A stretch of DNA of 39,207 bases from a virus. Below, piece after piece: positions 7,385-13,903 of this stretch. Below the pieces are notes generated by a model, which saw nothing but the letters and a program-made list of their open reading frames with translations, was not told where the DNA came from and searched no databases. The position numbers and the translations under genes were made by a program. Position 1 is the first letter of the stretch. Each line of letters starts with the position of its first letter. The stretch covers positions 1 to 39,207 of IMG/VR virus record IMGVR_UViG_3300045988_010507; one strand, written 5' to 3'.

Positions 7385-7807
7385 TTATGCGATCCTCTCT
7401 ATAGTAAGATTGCTGTTGGCGAAGTTGACGGCCTGAGTGCTGGTGTTTTCCATTGCAACCGTCAGGCAGCAGCCTTTCGGTACGCAGACCTGCGCGGAAA
7501 CATAAATGTTAAAGTAGTTCTCTACCGCCGCAGGCGTGACGATAGCTGTTGCGCTGGTCAGCGGCTCTCCGTTGATGGCAAGCGCCGCCGTGATGGCCTC
7601 AACCGTGCCTCCGGTGGGAATAGCGATGTTGCCGCCAAAGGAGACCCGAAACAGAGCGCGGTTTTGATTGGTGAGGCCGCGCAGCGTGACAATGCCCGCG
7701 CCCTGGCGATGCACGATACAGGGCTTGCTATTGACCGCCGTTTCGGTCAAGGGAACGTTCTGGCCTGCGGCTACGCTCACAATATTCGCATTTGTGTACT
7801 CTGCCAA
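7385..7807 (-). CDS. C1q/TNF-like (BclA C-terminal-domain-like) jelly-roll protein, no collagen stalk
   Basis: 140 aa, TTG start with an AAAGGA SD. The alternating beta pattern and the ending ...NFANSNLTIERIA resemble the C-terminal domains of Bacillus/Clostridium exosporium collagen-like proteins. Similarity was judged by eye only. Confidence 0.4.
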   Translation of the reverse strand: MAEYTNANIVSVAAGQNVPLTETAVNSKPCIVHRQGAGIVTLRGLTNQNRALFRVSFGGNIAIPTGGTVEAITAALAINGEPLTSATAIVTPAAVENYFNIYVSAQVCVPKGCCLTVAMENTSTQAVNFANSNLTIERIA

Positions 7808-7847
7808 AATAATCAGTCCTTTCTAAAGGGGTCGATTTCGACCCGGT

Positions 7848-7878
7848 TAAAATACAGCGGCGAGGCAATAGCCCCGCC
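7848..7878 (-). terminator. Rho-independent terminator after paralog 2
   Basis: Minus strand GGCGGGGC-TATT-GCCTCGCC (8 bp including one G-U), followed by GCTGTATTTTAA. Confidence 0.5.
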
Positions 7879-7947
7879 GCGTTGTTGTCAGTATCGGCAC
7901 GGGGCCGACCATTTTGCCATTGTCGGCAAAAAGCTATGCTATGCAGT

Positions 7948-8787
7948 TTATTTTTTTCGAGTTGTTTGATTGTTGCTTTGCGATATGGGAACCTCAATGC
8001 ACTCTTCGTCGCTCCAACCATGTGCTTTGCGAGAAACAAGCGTTGCTGGTTTTATACCTGTTATTTTAGACCATTCAGCAGTTGTATGCGTTTCACCACA
8101 ATAAGTAATGTAAACGTTTGTGCGACGGTTGTTGTTTTGAGTAATCGTATCTGCCCAGCGGCAATTATCGGGGCTATATCCCTTGCTGTTATCAATGCGG
8201 TCAATGGACAATCTGTCTTGATAGCCGTTAGCAACGGCCCATTCTCGGAACTTCAAAAAATCTGTTCGCCATTCTTGGCATATGCCTATACCTCTGGCGC
8301 CGTATCGCTTGAAATTGCGATCTGCTTGAGAATAACATCTCGATTTCATGTTGCTCCATATGCGATAAAGCCGGTCCTCATTCCCAAACCCGTGCGTTTT
8401 TGCACGCTTAGACTTCTGTTCAGAAGAAAAGCATCCGCAAGACGTAGTTAATCCACGCTTTAAACAAGAAGCGAGAACGGTTTTTTGTTTCCCACAATCG
8501 CATTTGCACAACCATCTTGTTCCATGACTTATAGGCGAATACTTGTCCAGCTCGACAACGGTAAGGCGTCCAAATCTTTTTCCGGTCAAATCTTCCAGTT
8601 TGATTTGTCCGCATCCGCAACTTGTAACAAGCCCTCTGTTTAAGGAATTTGTGGAATATTTTTTTTCATTGCCGCAATCGCACCGGCACTTCCACATTAT
8701 GCACCCAGCAGAATCACGCGCGTCAGTTTTCTCAATAACAGTTAACTTCCCATATCGTTTGCCCGTCAAGTCAATTGATTTTCCCAT
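7948..8787 (-). CDS. HNH_3-like / homing-endonuclease-like DNA-binding protein, paralog 2 (duplicated N-terminal Cys module)
   Basis: 279 aa. Two copies of GKR[YF]GxLTV...W.C[KR]CDCG...SCGC, then YRIWSNMKSRC..FKRYGARGIGICQEW..F..W..NGY...SIDRIDNSKGYSPDNCRWADTITQNNNRR, then an HTH-like tail (TAEWSKITGIKPATLVSRKAHGWSDEECI). Low GC. Confidence 0.6.
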   Translation of the reverse strand: MGKSIDLTGKRYGKLTVIEKTDARDSAGCIMWKCRCDCGNEKKYSTNSLNRGLVTSCGCGQIKLEDLTGKRFGRLTVVELDKYSPISHGTRWLCKCDCGKQKTVLASCLKRGLTTSCGCFSSEQKSKRAKTHGFGNEDRLYRIWSNMKSRCYSQADRNFKRYGARGIGICQEWRTDFLKFREWAVANGYQDRLSIDRIDNSKGYSPDNCRWADTITQNNNRRTNVYITYCGETHTTAEWSKITGIKPATLVSRKAHGWSDEECIEVPISQSNNQTTRKK

Positions 8788-8811
8788 GCAAACACCCCTT
8801 TCTATACATCA

Positions 8812-8840
8812 AGTATAGCACGAGTATTTGCATTTATCAA
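8812..8840 (-). promoter_or_regulatory. Near-consensus sigma-70-type promoter for paralog 2
   Basis: On the minus strand: TTGATA (8835-8840), a 17-nt spacer, then TATACT (8812-8817). It lies about 25 nt upstream of the ATG at 8787. Confidence 0.55.
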
Positions 8841-8843
8841 CAC

Positions 8844-9608
8844 TTAACATCCGCAGCCGCACCCGCACCCTGCATACTGATACGGGGCAGGAACCGCAAA
8901 AGAAGGAACAGGGCGAGGATTGTAATAAGCAAACTGACCGCTCACGTAAGACTTGAGCGTATCATTCTGCGCCGCCTGCGAAGCTGCCAGCTGCGCCGCA
9001 AAGAGCTGCTGGTTCTGTTCAGCAATCTTCGCGTCCTTCGCTGCGATCTCCTGCGCGGTCAGACGCTGGTCAACTCCGCGGAATCCGTTGTTCATCGCGT
9101 CAATGATGTCGCGCGTCGCGTTCTGCACGGTGTTGCGCGTGTCGCACGCCTGCGCCGCCATGTCGTAGCGCACCTGCGCGATCGCGGCACGGTTCTCGCA
9201 GCAGCAATTCGCGGTCTGCATCTGCATGGCGTTGAGCTGCTGCATGAGCGCCGCCTGCTGGTTGGCGCGGGAAAGCTCGGCCTGTGCAAAGCCGTTTGAC
9301 ATTGCCATGTTAGTGCCGTTGACAAGCTGCGCCTGCTGGTAGAAGCCGTCGCAAAGGCCCTGATTTACGCTGTCGATCTTGCGCTCGACATTGGCAAAAT
9401 CAGAGGTCAGCACATAGCCGTCGACCACGCCGCCGGAATTGCCGGCGTTGTTTCCCCAGCCGTTGTTTCCCCAGCCGCAAAAAACAAACAGGAAAAGAAT
9501 GATGATCCACCACGCGCCATCGCCGCCGAAGCCGCCAAAGCCGCTGTTCATCATGCCGGTTGGCGCAACAGGCATAGTGGCCTGAACGCCGCCGTCAGAA
9601 AGAGACAT
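8844..9608 (-). CDS. Membrane protein with a Gly-rich N-terminus, one TM segment, conserved-looking Cys motifs and a C-terminal (GC)4 tail
   Basis: 254 aa with SD AAAGGAG. Sequence features: FGGFGGDGAWWIIILFLFVFCGWGNNGWGNN, GLCDGFY, TANCCCENR, a Q/A-rich coiled segment, and the ending YQYAGCGCGCGC. Confidence 0.6.
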   Translation of the reverse strand: MSLSDGGVQATMPVAPTGMMNSGFGGFGGDGAWWIIILFLFVFCGWGNNGWGNNAGNSGGVVDGYVLTSDFANVERKIDSVNQGLCDGFYQQAQLVNGTNMAMSNGFAQAELSRANQQAALMQQLNAMQMQTANCCCENRAAIAQVRYDMAAQACDTRNTVQNATRDIIDAMNNGFRGVDQRLTAQEIAAKDAKIAEQNQQLFAAQLAASQAAQNDTLKSYVSGQFAYYNPRPVPSFAVPAPYQYAGCGCGCGC

Positions 9609-9642
9609 AGTATCACTCCTTTAAAAAATTTTTATTCATCAA

Positions 9643-9656
9643 ATCGTGGCCACGAT
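9643..9656. promoter_or_regulatory. Perfect 14-bp palindrome ATCGTGGCCACGAT in an intergenic gap (operator or hairpin)
   Basis: Lies between the stop at 9675 and the start at 9608. Flanked on the minus strand by the direct repeat ATCAACAT x2 and followed by AATAAAAATTTTTT. Confidence 0.4.
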
Positions 9657-9674
9657 GTTGATTTATGTTGATGA

Positions 9675-9875
9675 TTACTGCATCAGGCTTTGAAACTGCT
9701 TTGCCATTTGCTGCAGCTGGTTTAACTGCGCCTGCGAGAGTTTGCCGCTTTGCAAGAGCTTTTCGACCTCCGCTTTGGGGTCGCCCTGAAAATTTGCCTT
9801 GAATTGCTGAAACTGCTGCATCATTTGCATGAAGCCGTTCCCTCCGCCGAGCGTACCAAAAAAGGGATTACTCAT
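9675..9875 (-). CDS. 66-aa Gln-rich small protein
   Basis: MSNPFFGTLGGGNGFMQMMQQFQQFKANFQGDPKAEVEKLLQSGKLSQAQLNQLQQMAKQFQSLMQ. ATGAGTAA overlap with the upstream gene. Confidence 0.55.
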   Translation of the reverse strand: MSNPFFGTLGGGNGFMQMMQQFQQFKANFQGDPKAEVEKLLQSGKLSQAQLNQLQQMAKQFQSLMQ

Positions 9876-10299
9876 CGTCTTCGTCCTCCTCGACCTTGCG
9901 CTTTTTCTTGCCCTTTATTTCGCCCACAAGCGCCGCAAGCGCGTCAAACTCCTTGCGGGTAACAAATTCCACGCCCTTTTCCTGCGGCGCTGTACGGGGT
10001 GTTTCTGCGCGTTCTACGAGGTCGTAAATCTTGAGCGTCGGCTTGCCGCTTGCGTCGGACTGCTTGAGGTATACAGTGGGGGCGGTGGAATCCCACAGCG
10101 CCACAGCGGAGTTGGGCGCGATCAGGTAGCCTCTCGCTTCCTGCTCGCTGCTCACCCATTGCACGCCGCCGGTCGCGACAGGATTTTGCGGCACGGGAGG
10201 CGGAGCGGGCTGCATCATCTGCTGCTGCCGCATCTGCATGAGGTTGTCCGGCATTGGCTGTGGATAATAAGGGTTTTGATAGTACGGATTAAAAGCCAT
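9868..10299 (-). CDS. Hypothetical protein: Pro/Gln/Tyr-rich N-terminus, small beta-rich core, acidic/basic tail
   Basis: 143 aa with SD AAGGAG. MAFNPYYQNPYYPQPMPDNLMQMRQQQMMQ...GGVQWVSSEQEARGYLIAPNSAVALWDSTAPTVYLKQSDASGKPTLKIYDL...KKKRKVEEDEDDE. Confidence 0.55.
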   Translation of the reverse strand: MAFNPYYQNPYYPQPMPDNLMQMRQQQMMQPAPPPVPQNPVATGGVQWVSSEQEARGYLIAPNSAVALWDSTAPTVYLKQSDASGKPTLKIYDLVERAETPRTAPQEKGVEFVTRKEFDALAALVGEIKGKKKRKVEEDEDDE

Positions 10300-10300
10300 G

Positions 10301-10681
10301 TCATTCAGTCTCCTTTACCCAAAAATAGATCACAGTCTCATTGCTGCTGTCCCACGAATCAAAGATCGTCCCGTCCTGCACGCACACCACATGACCGGAC
10401 AGGGCTAAAATATATGTGCCTGCCGGATGCTCGTCCGCAAACTGCCCGACGGTATAGCACAGAGGGCAGGTGTCCGGCACGATGTAGCGCCGATAGCCGA
10501 GGGAGTGCAGATACGCGCCCCAGGTCGCGTTGGCCGACGGCATATCGCCGTCTAAGTAGCCTTGTATGGCGAGCGCGAGATACGTTTCGCCCCAGTCTTT
10601 CCTGGTCGCTTTGGAGATCGCCCGAACGGTGCAGTCCCCCACGTTCTTGCCATAAGGCGACGGATTATAATAGCTATACAT
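10301..10681 (-). CDS. Putative papain-like (Cys-His-Asp) peptidase/amidase-fold protein, uncharacterised family
   Basis: ORF 10301..10705 trimmed to M9. GDCTVRAISKA (candidate nucleophile Cys) ... LSGHVVCVQDGTIFDSWDS (candidate His and Asp). The assignment rests on motif spacing only. Confidence 0.4.
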   Translation of the reverse strand: MYSYYNPSPYGKNVGDCTVRAISKATRKDWGETYLALAIQGYLDGDMPSANATWGAYLHSLGYRRYIVPDTCPLCYTVGQFADEHPAGTYILALSGHVVCVQDGTIFDSWDSSNETVIYFWVKETE

Positions 10682-10796
10682 GCAGCAGCTCCGCAAAATA
10701 AACATAGGTGCGCAGCTCGTCCGGCTCGGGGAACAGCACCAAAATGTCCCTCGCCATCTGCTCGGTGAATCCCAATGCCAAAAGCCGTTCGTACAT
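10674..10796 (-). CDS. 40-aa hypothetical protein (MYERLLALGFTEQMARDILVLFPEPDELRTYVYFAELLHV)
   Basis: ORF 10674..10949 trimmed to M52, which has a strong AAAAGGAGGTG SD. Its stop overlaps the next ATG (ATGTATAG). Confidence 0.45.
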   Translation of the reverse strand: MYERLLALGFTEQMARDILVLFPEPDELRTYVYFAELLHV

Positions 10797-10970
10797 ACAG
10801 CGCACCTCCTTTTCTGCCTCTATGGTACAAGAAAACCACTTCCCCAAAGTGCCGGAAAAGGAGATGAAAAGTGTACGGCGAAATTCGTCGAACGATTGCG
10901 CTTGCAAATTCTGACAGAACATGCTATTTTTTGTCACGACGTACTCCATGCGTCATTCATACCCCCCATA

Positions 10971-11002
10971 AAGGAAAAGAGCCTCACCGTTTGGTGAAGC
11001 TC
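10971..11002 (-). terminator. Rho-independent terminator after the sigma-r4-like gene
   Basis: Minus strand GAGCTTCACC-AAAC-GGTGAGGCTC (10 bp including one G-U), followed by TTTTCCTTTAT. Confidence 0.7.
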
Positions 11003-11007
11003 TTTTC

Positions 11008-11274
11008 CTATTCAAAGACTTCCGATGCGATTTTGCGGTACGCCTTTCGGCGATACTTTTTGACCGTATCCGGCGACAGGTTCATTTCAAATGCCACCTG
11101 TACGCAGGAGCGGCCCCGCACATCGCACTCGACGAGGCACGCCATTTCGTCGGGCGGAAGCTCAAAAGACCGAATGTATGCCACGGCCCGCCGCGGGGCC
11201 ATAGAGGATAATTTTGCCCGGATCGCTCGGTGCTGCTTGTCCATGCTGTGCGCCGGGGCTTGCAGAGCGCTCAC
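11008..11274 (-). CDS. Small sigma-70 region-4-like HTH protein (candidate phage transcription regulator)
   Basis: LPPDEMACLVECDVRGRSCVQVAFEMNLSPDTVKKYRRKAYRKI resembles a sigma region 4 / LuxR-type HTH. The true start may be an internal Met (MDKQ... or MAPRR...). Confidence 0.5.
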   Translation of the reverse strand: MSALQAPAHSMDKQHRAIRAKLSSMAPRRAVAYIRSFELPPDEMACLVECDVRGRSCVQVAFEMNLSPDTVKKYRRKAYRKIASEVFE

Positions 11275-11311
11275 GCGAGGGGAGGTATGCCTCCCGCCCG
11301 TTTTCCTTTCG

Positions 11312-11974
11312 TTATTTTAGAATTTTTTCGAGGTATGCGTAAACATATTCCCCCCACGCTTTTTGCGTCGCGGGGCCGAATGAGTTATCCACATCCAGCG
11401 CATAGCCGCAGGCGTTGAGAAGCTCTTGCAGCTTGCCGACCGCCGCGCCCTTGTCGCCGCGCGTAAGCACGGTCTTGTCCGCGGGGTATTTCGGCACGCC
11501 GAAGCCGCGAATATACCGCCCGTTGATGGGGATAATGCGGTAGGCGCACTCGTGCTCCTTGCCCTTGTTGCCCTCGAACACCGTGATTTTCTGCCCGTCG
11601 CAGGCGGTCACGATGCCCGTGTGGTTGGGCGCGCCGGTGCAGTCCGTGAGGGCGTAGTCCTTGCGGTCGTTCCAATGATAGAAGACCTGCTCGCCGATTT
11701 GAGGAACGTGCGCGTCGTCCTCGACCCATTGGCCGCGCGCCTGATACCATTTCATCTGCTCGCCGCAGGAGCACTCGATGGGAATGACCTCCGTCAGGCC
11801 GCAGAGGATCGCCGCCGCGGACACCATTGCCGCGCAGTAGTCGTCCGAATAGGTGAGCCTGTAGCCGCGCGGATGCGGGAGATAGCTGTTGTAGGCGTCT
11901 ACGATCTGCTTATGCACCGCATCGCCGCGCACAGCGCCCTCCCACGCGGTCAGGGTCTCAAGAAACCTCTTCAT
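11312..11974 (-). CDS. Endolysin: CHAP-like amidase/peptidase plus a C-terminal peptidoglycan-binding domain
   Basis: 220 aa. DDYCAAMVSAAA (Cys) ... PNHTGIV (His), then LTRGDKGAAVGKLQELLNACGYALDVDNSFGPATQKA (PG_binding_1-like). Confidence 0.75.
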   Translation of the reverse strand: MKRFLETLTAWEGAVRGDAVHKQIVDAYNSYLPHPRGYRLTYSDDYCAAMVSAAAILCGLTEVIPIECSCGEQMKWYQARGQWVEDDAHVPQIGEQVFYHWNDRKDYALTDCTGAPNHTGIVTACDGQKITVFEGNKGKEHECAYRIIPINGRYIRGFGVPKYPADKTVLTRGDKGAAVGKLQELLNACGYALDVDNSFGPATQKAWGEYVYAYLEKILK

Positions 11975-12146
11975 TTTTCTTCTTTTCGGTCTGCGTGCCG
12001 AAGTAGAAGCCGATGACCACGGTGAAGATCGTCAGAAACTCCGTCCCGCTGATGCTGCCGCGCAGGGCGAGCACCGAGAAAACCGCCGTGAGTGCGATGG
12101 TCACGATGCTCTTGACCGTGAGAAGATTGGCAATTCGATTTTGCAT
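11958..12146 (-). CDS. Holin (62 aa, two TM segments)
   Basis: ORF 11958..12293 trimmed to M50 (AAAGGAG SD). MQNRIANLLTVKSIVTIALTAVFSVLALRGSISGTEFLTIFTVVIGFYFGTQTEKKKNEEVS. Overlaps the endolysin start. Confidence 0.7.
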   Translation of the reverse strand: MQNRIANLLTVKSIVTIALTAVFSVLALRGSISGTEFLTIFTVVIGFYFGTQTEKKKNEEVS

Positions 12147-12159
12147 TTTTGAGTCTCCT

Positions 12160-12867
12160 TTACAAAAACTGCACGGCGTAATACTGCCGCGTCTGTGTGT
12201 TGATCTTGCTGCACGCGCCGTTGATGGCGGCGACGTGCCCGCCGTCGAGCATGACGGCGTATTCCAGCTTGAGCTTGTCCCGACAAAAGGCATTGACCTG
12301 CTGCGCCGTCATGTTCTTGCAGTACACGCCGTAGAGCATTCCGCCCTTGTAGCCGAGGACGGTGTGGTTGGTCTTGCGCAGCACATCGGAGTAAGCGCCC
12401 ATAAAGCCCTCTACGGCAGGGTTATAATTGTCGAGCAGGCCAAGCCCACCGACCGCCCACACGACGCCGCCCAGCGCCGCCGCCGAAGACACGCGGGCAA
12501 TGCGCGCCGCGCCGTCCCGCGTCTTGTAGAGCACGCTCTCGGGCGTCGGGTAGTGGCAGCTCATGCCGCGCACGACCTTGCCGCCGCGCACCAGAATGGA
12601 GCAGGGCTGCCCCTGCCAAGAAAAGCTCCCCGAGATCGCATTCTTCGGCAGCAGACCGCTCATGTTGACGGGCTCGATGTCCCGCGCGATGAGCGTCGGC
12701 TGTCCGTACAGCTCGACGTTGAGCGGGAAGCAGTCCGCGCCGAGCTTTGCCGCGATGTCGCTCAGTGTCTGGTTTCCGATCCAGCCGTTGGCCAGCGCCC
12801 CGACGGAGCGCTGGATGGCGCGGATCATGCGCACTTCCTCCGAGGTGGAGCCTTTGATGTCCCTCAT
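12160..12867 (-). CDS. Peptidoglycan-binding-like N-domain plus a phosphodiester glycosidase (NAGPA-like) domain; candidate second lytic enzyme
   Basis: ORF 12160..12891 trimmed to M9 (ATGA coupling to xhlA). VRMIRAIQRSVGALANGWIGNQTLSDI at the N-terminus. ...RKTNHTVLGYKGGMLYGVYC..MTAQQVNAFC..LKLEYAVMLDGGHVAAI resembles the LDGGGS-type core of NAGPA-family proteins. Confidence 0.5.
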   Translation of the reverse strand: MRDIKGSTSEEVRMIRAIQRSVGALANGWIGNQTLSDIAAKLGADCFPLNVELYGQPTLIARDIEPVNMSGLLPKNAISGSFSWQGQPCSILVRGGKVVRGMSCHYPTPESVLYKTRDGAARIARVSSAAALGGVVWAVGGLGLLDNYNPAVEGFMGAYSDVLRKTNHTVLGYKGGMLYGVYCKNMTAQQVNAFCRDKLKLEYAVMLDGGHVAAINGACSKINTQTRQYYAVQFL

Positions 12868-13154
12868 ACCGCGCCCCCTGTCAAAAGCCACGCCATGAAC
12901 GCGCCCACGACGGTCGCGATCATCAGCTCCACGACCTTCTCCCAGCGCTTGGACGGCACGGCGGTCAGGCTCCGCACATTGGCCTTGATCTCGCCGATGT
13001 CCTCCTTCATGTTCGTCTGGTCGGTCGCCAGCTCTTTGACCGACAGCGCCAATTCATTCAGCGCCCGCTGATCTACCTCTAACTGCTTGATGCGCCCCTC
13101 GTTGCGGAGCGAGCGGTCTTTGACCTCCTGCAGCTTCACAGCCAAATCTTCCAT
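12864..13154 (-). CDS. xhlA: XhlA-family lysis-associated membrane protein
   Basis: 96 aa. N-terminal coiled coil (LQEVKDRSLRNEGRIKQLEVDQRALNEL...) and a C-terminal TM segment (VVELMIATVVGAFMAWLLTGG). Its position in the lysis cassette matches PBSX. Confidence 0.7.
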   Translation of the reverse strand: MEDLAVKLQEVKDRSLRNEGRIKQLEVDQRALNELALSVKELATDQTNMKEDIGEIKANVRSLTAVPSKRWEKVVELMIATVVGAFMAWLLTGGAV

Positions 13155-13206
13155 AGGCGTTGTCTCTCTTTCCTTAGGATAGAGCGGGGAATATCCCCCG
13201 CTCTGT

Positions 13207-13464
13207 TTACTTGTTCAGCTCCGCGAGCTTAGCTGAAATATCGTCCGGGATGCGGCACTTCTCCATCTTGACGCAGTAGCCGTCCGCGTCGTATGTAAGC
13301 TTGGAGCAGGGGGCGACATATACTTCCGTGCCGGCGCGCTCAAGGTCGCGCGCCATAACGGGCTGCACGATGCTGTTCTTGACACCCGAGTTTTCGCTCA
13401 GGCCCGCGGGGATGTCCGTGACCTCGATGGCCTTGCCGTCGGATGCGATACGAGTAGTAGTCAT
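13207..13464 (-). CDS. Hypothetical protein
   Basis: 85-aa ORF with coding-like composition, between xkdX and xhlA. Confidence 0.5.
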   Translation of the reverse strand: MTTTRIASDGKAIEVTDIPAGLSENSGVKNSIVQPVMARDLERAGTEVYVAPCSKLTYDADGYCVKMEKCRIPDDISAKLAELNK

Positions 13465-13494
13465 AGTTTTGTTCTTCTTTTCTTTGTTTAAAAT

Positions 13495-13632
13495 TTATTT
13501 ATCATCGGCGTAGCTTTCGCCGGTGATCTCCTCGTAGTCCCGCGCGCTGAGGATGCCCTTTTTTACGGCGCTGCGCACCATGCCGGCGGTCCAAAGACCT
13601 TGCGCGTACCATCTTGCGATTTTCTCTTTCAT
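13495..13632 (-). CDS. xkdX: XkdX-family small phage protein
   Basis: My translation: MKEKIARWYAQGLWTAGMVRSAVKKGILSARDYEEITGESYADDK (45 aa). It matches the XkdX pattern (W...V...V.KG.I...YEEITGE.Y). Below the ORF-track cutoff. Confidence 0.7.
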   Translation of the reverse strand: MKEKIARWYAQGLWTAGMVRSAVKKGILSARDYEEITGESYADDK

Positions 13633-13633
13633 C

Positions 13634-13891
13634 TCAGCCCTCCAAAAGCGTGTCGGTCATCATGGCGGTGTAGGTGGTCTGCGCTTCGATGCGGTCGAGT
13701 TGGGTCGGCGCAGGCTCGGGCTTGCCGTCGTCTTCGATGGTGTACTCGCCGTTGTAGGCTTCCGCTTTGGCAATTTTCTCGTTGCCTTCGCTCCAGTCCG
13801 AAGTCACTCCAGAGAACAGCTGCTCAATATTCGGATGTTCTTCCGTACCGCGGTTGACCTCGGTGCAGAGTTGGTACTTGATAATTTTCAT
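13634..13891 (-). CDS. Hypothetical small tail-fibre-associated protein
   Basis: 85 aa. Sits directly after the fibre gene and before xkdX, which is the position of XkdW in PBSX-like elements. Confidence 0.5.
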   Translation of the reverse strand: MKIIKYQLCTEVNRGTEEHPNIEQLFSGVTSDWSEGNEKIAKAEAYNGEYTIEDDGKPEPAPTQLDRIEAQTTYTAMMTDTLLEG

Positions 13892-13903
13892 GGCGTTCCA
13901 TCC

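Noticed and set aside
9829-10701. 290-aa plus-strand ORF
   Set aside because: It is antisense to three coupled minus-strand genes and has an Arg/Ser/Pro-rich nonsense-like sequence.
12013-13071. 352-aa plus-strand ORF
   Set aside because: It is antisense to the lysis genes (holin, NAGPA-like, xhlA), which have clear motifs. Its Arg/Ala-rich composition marks it as a shadow ORF.
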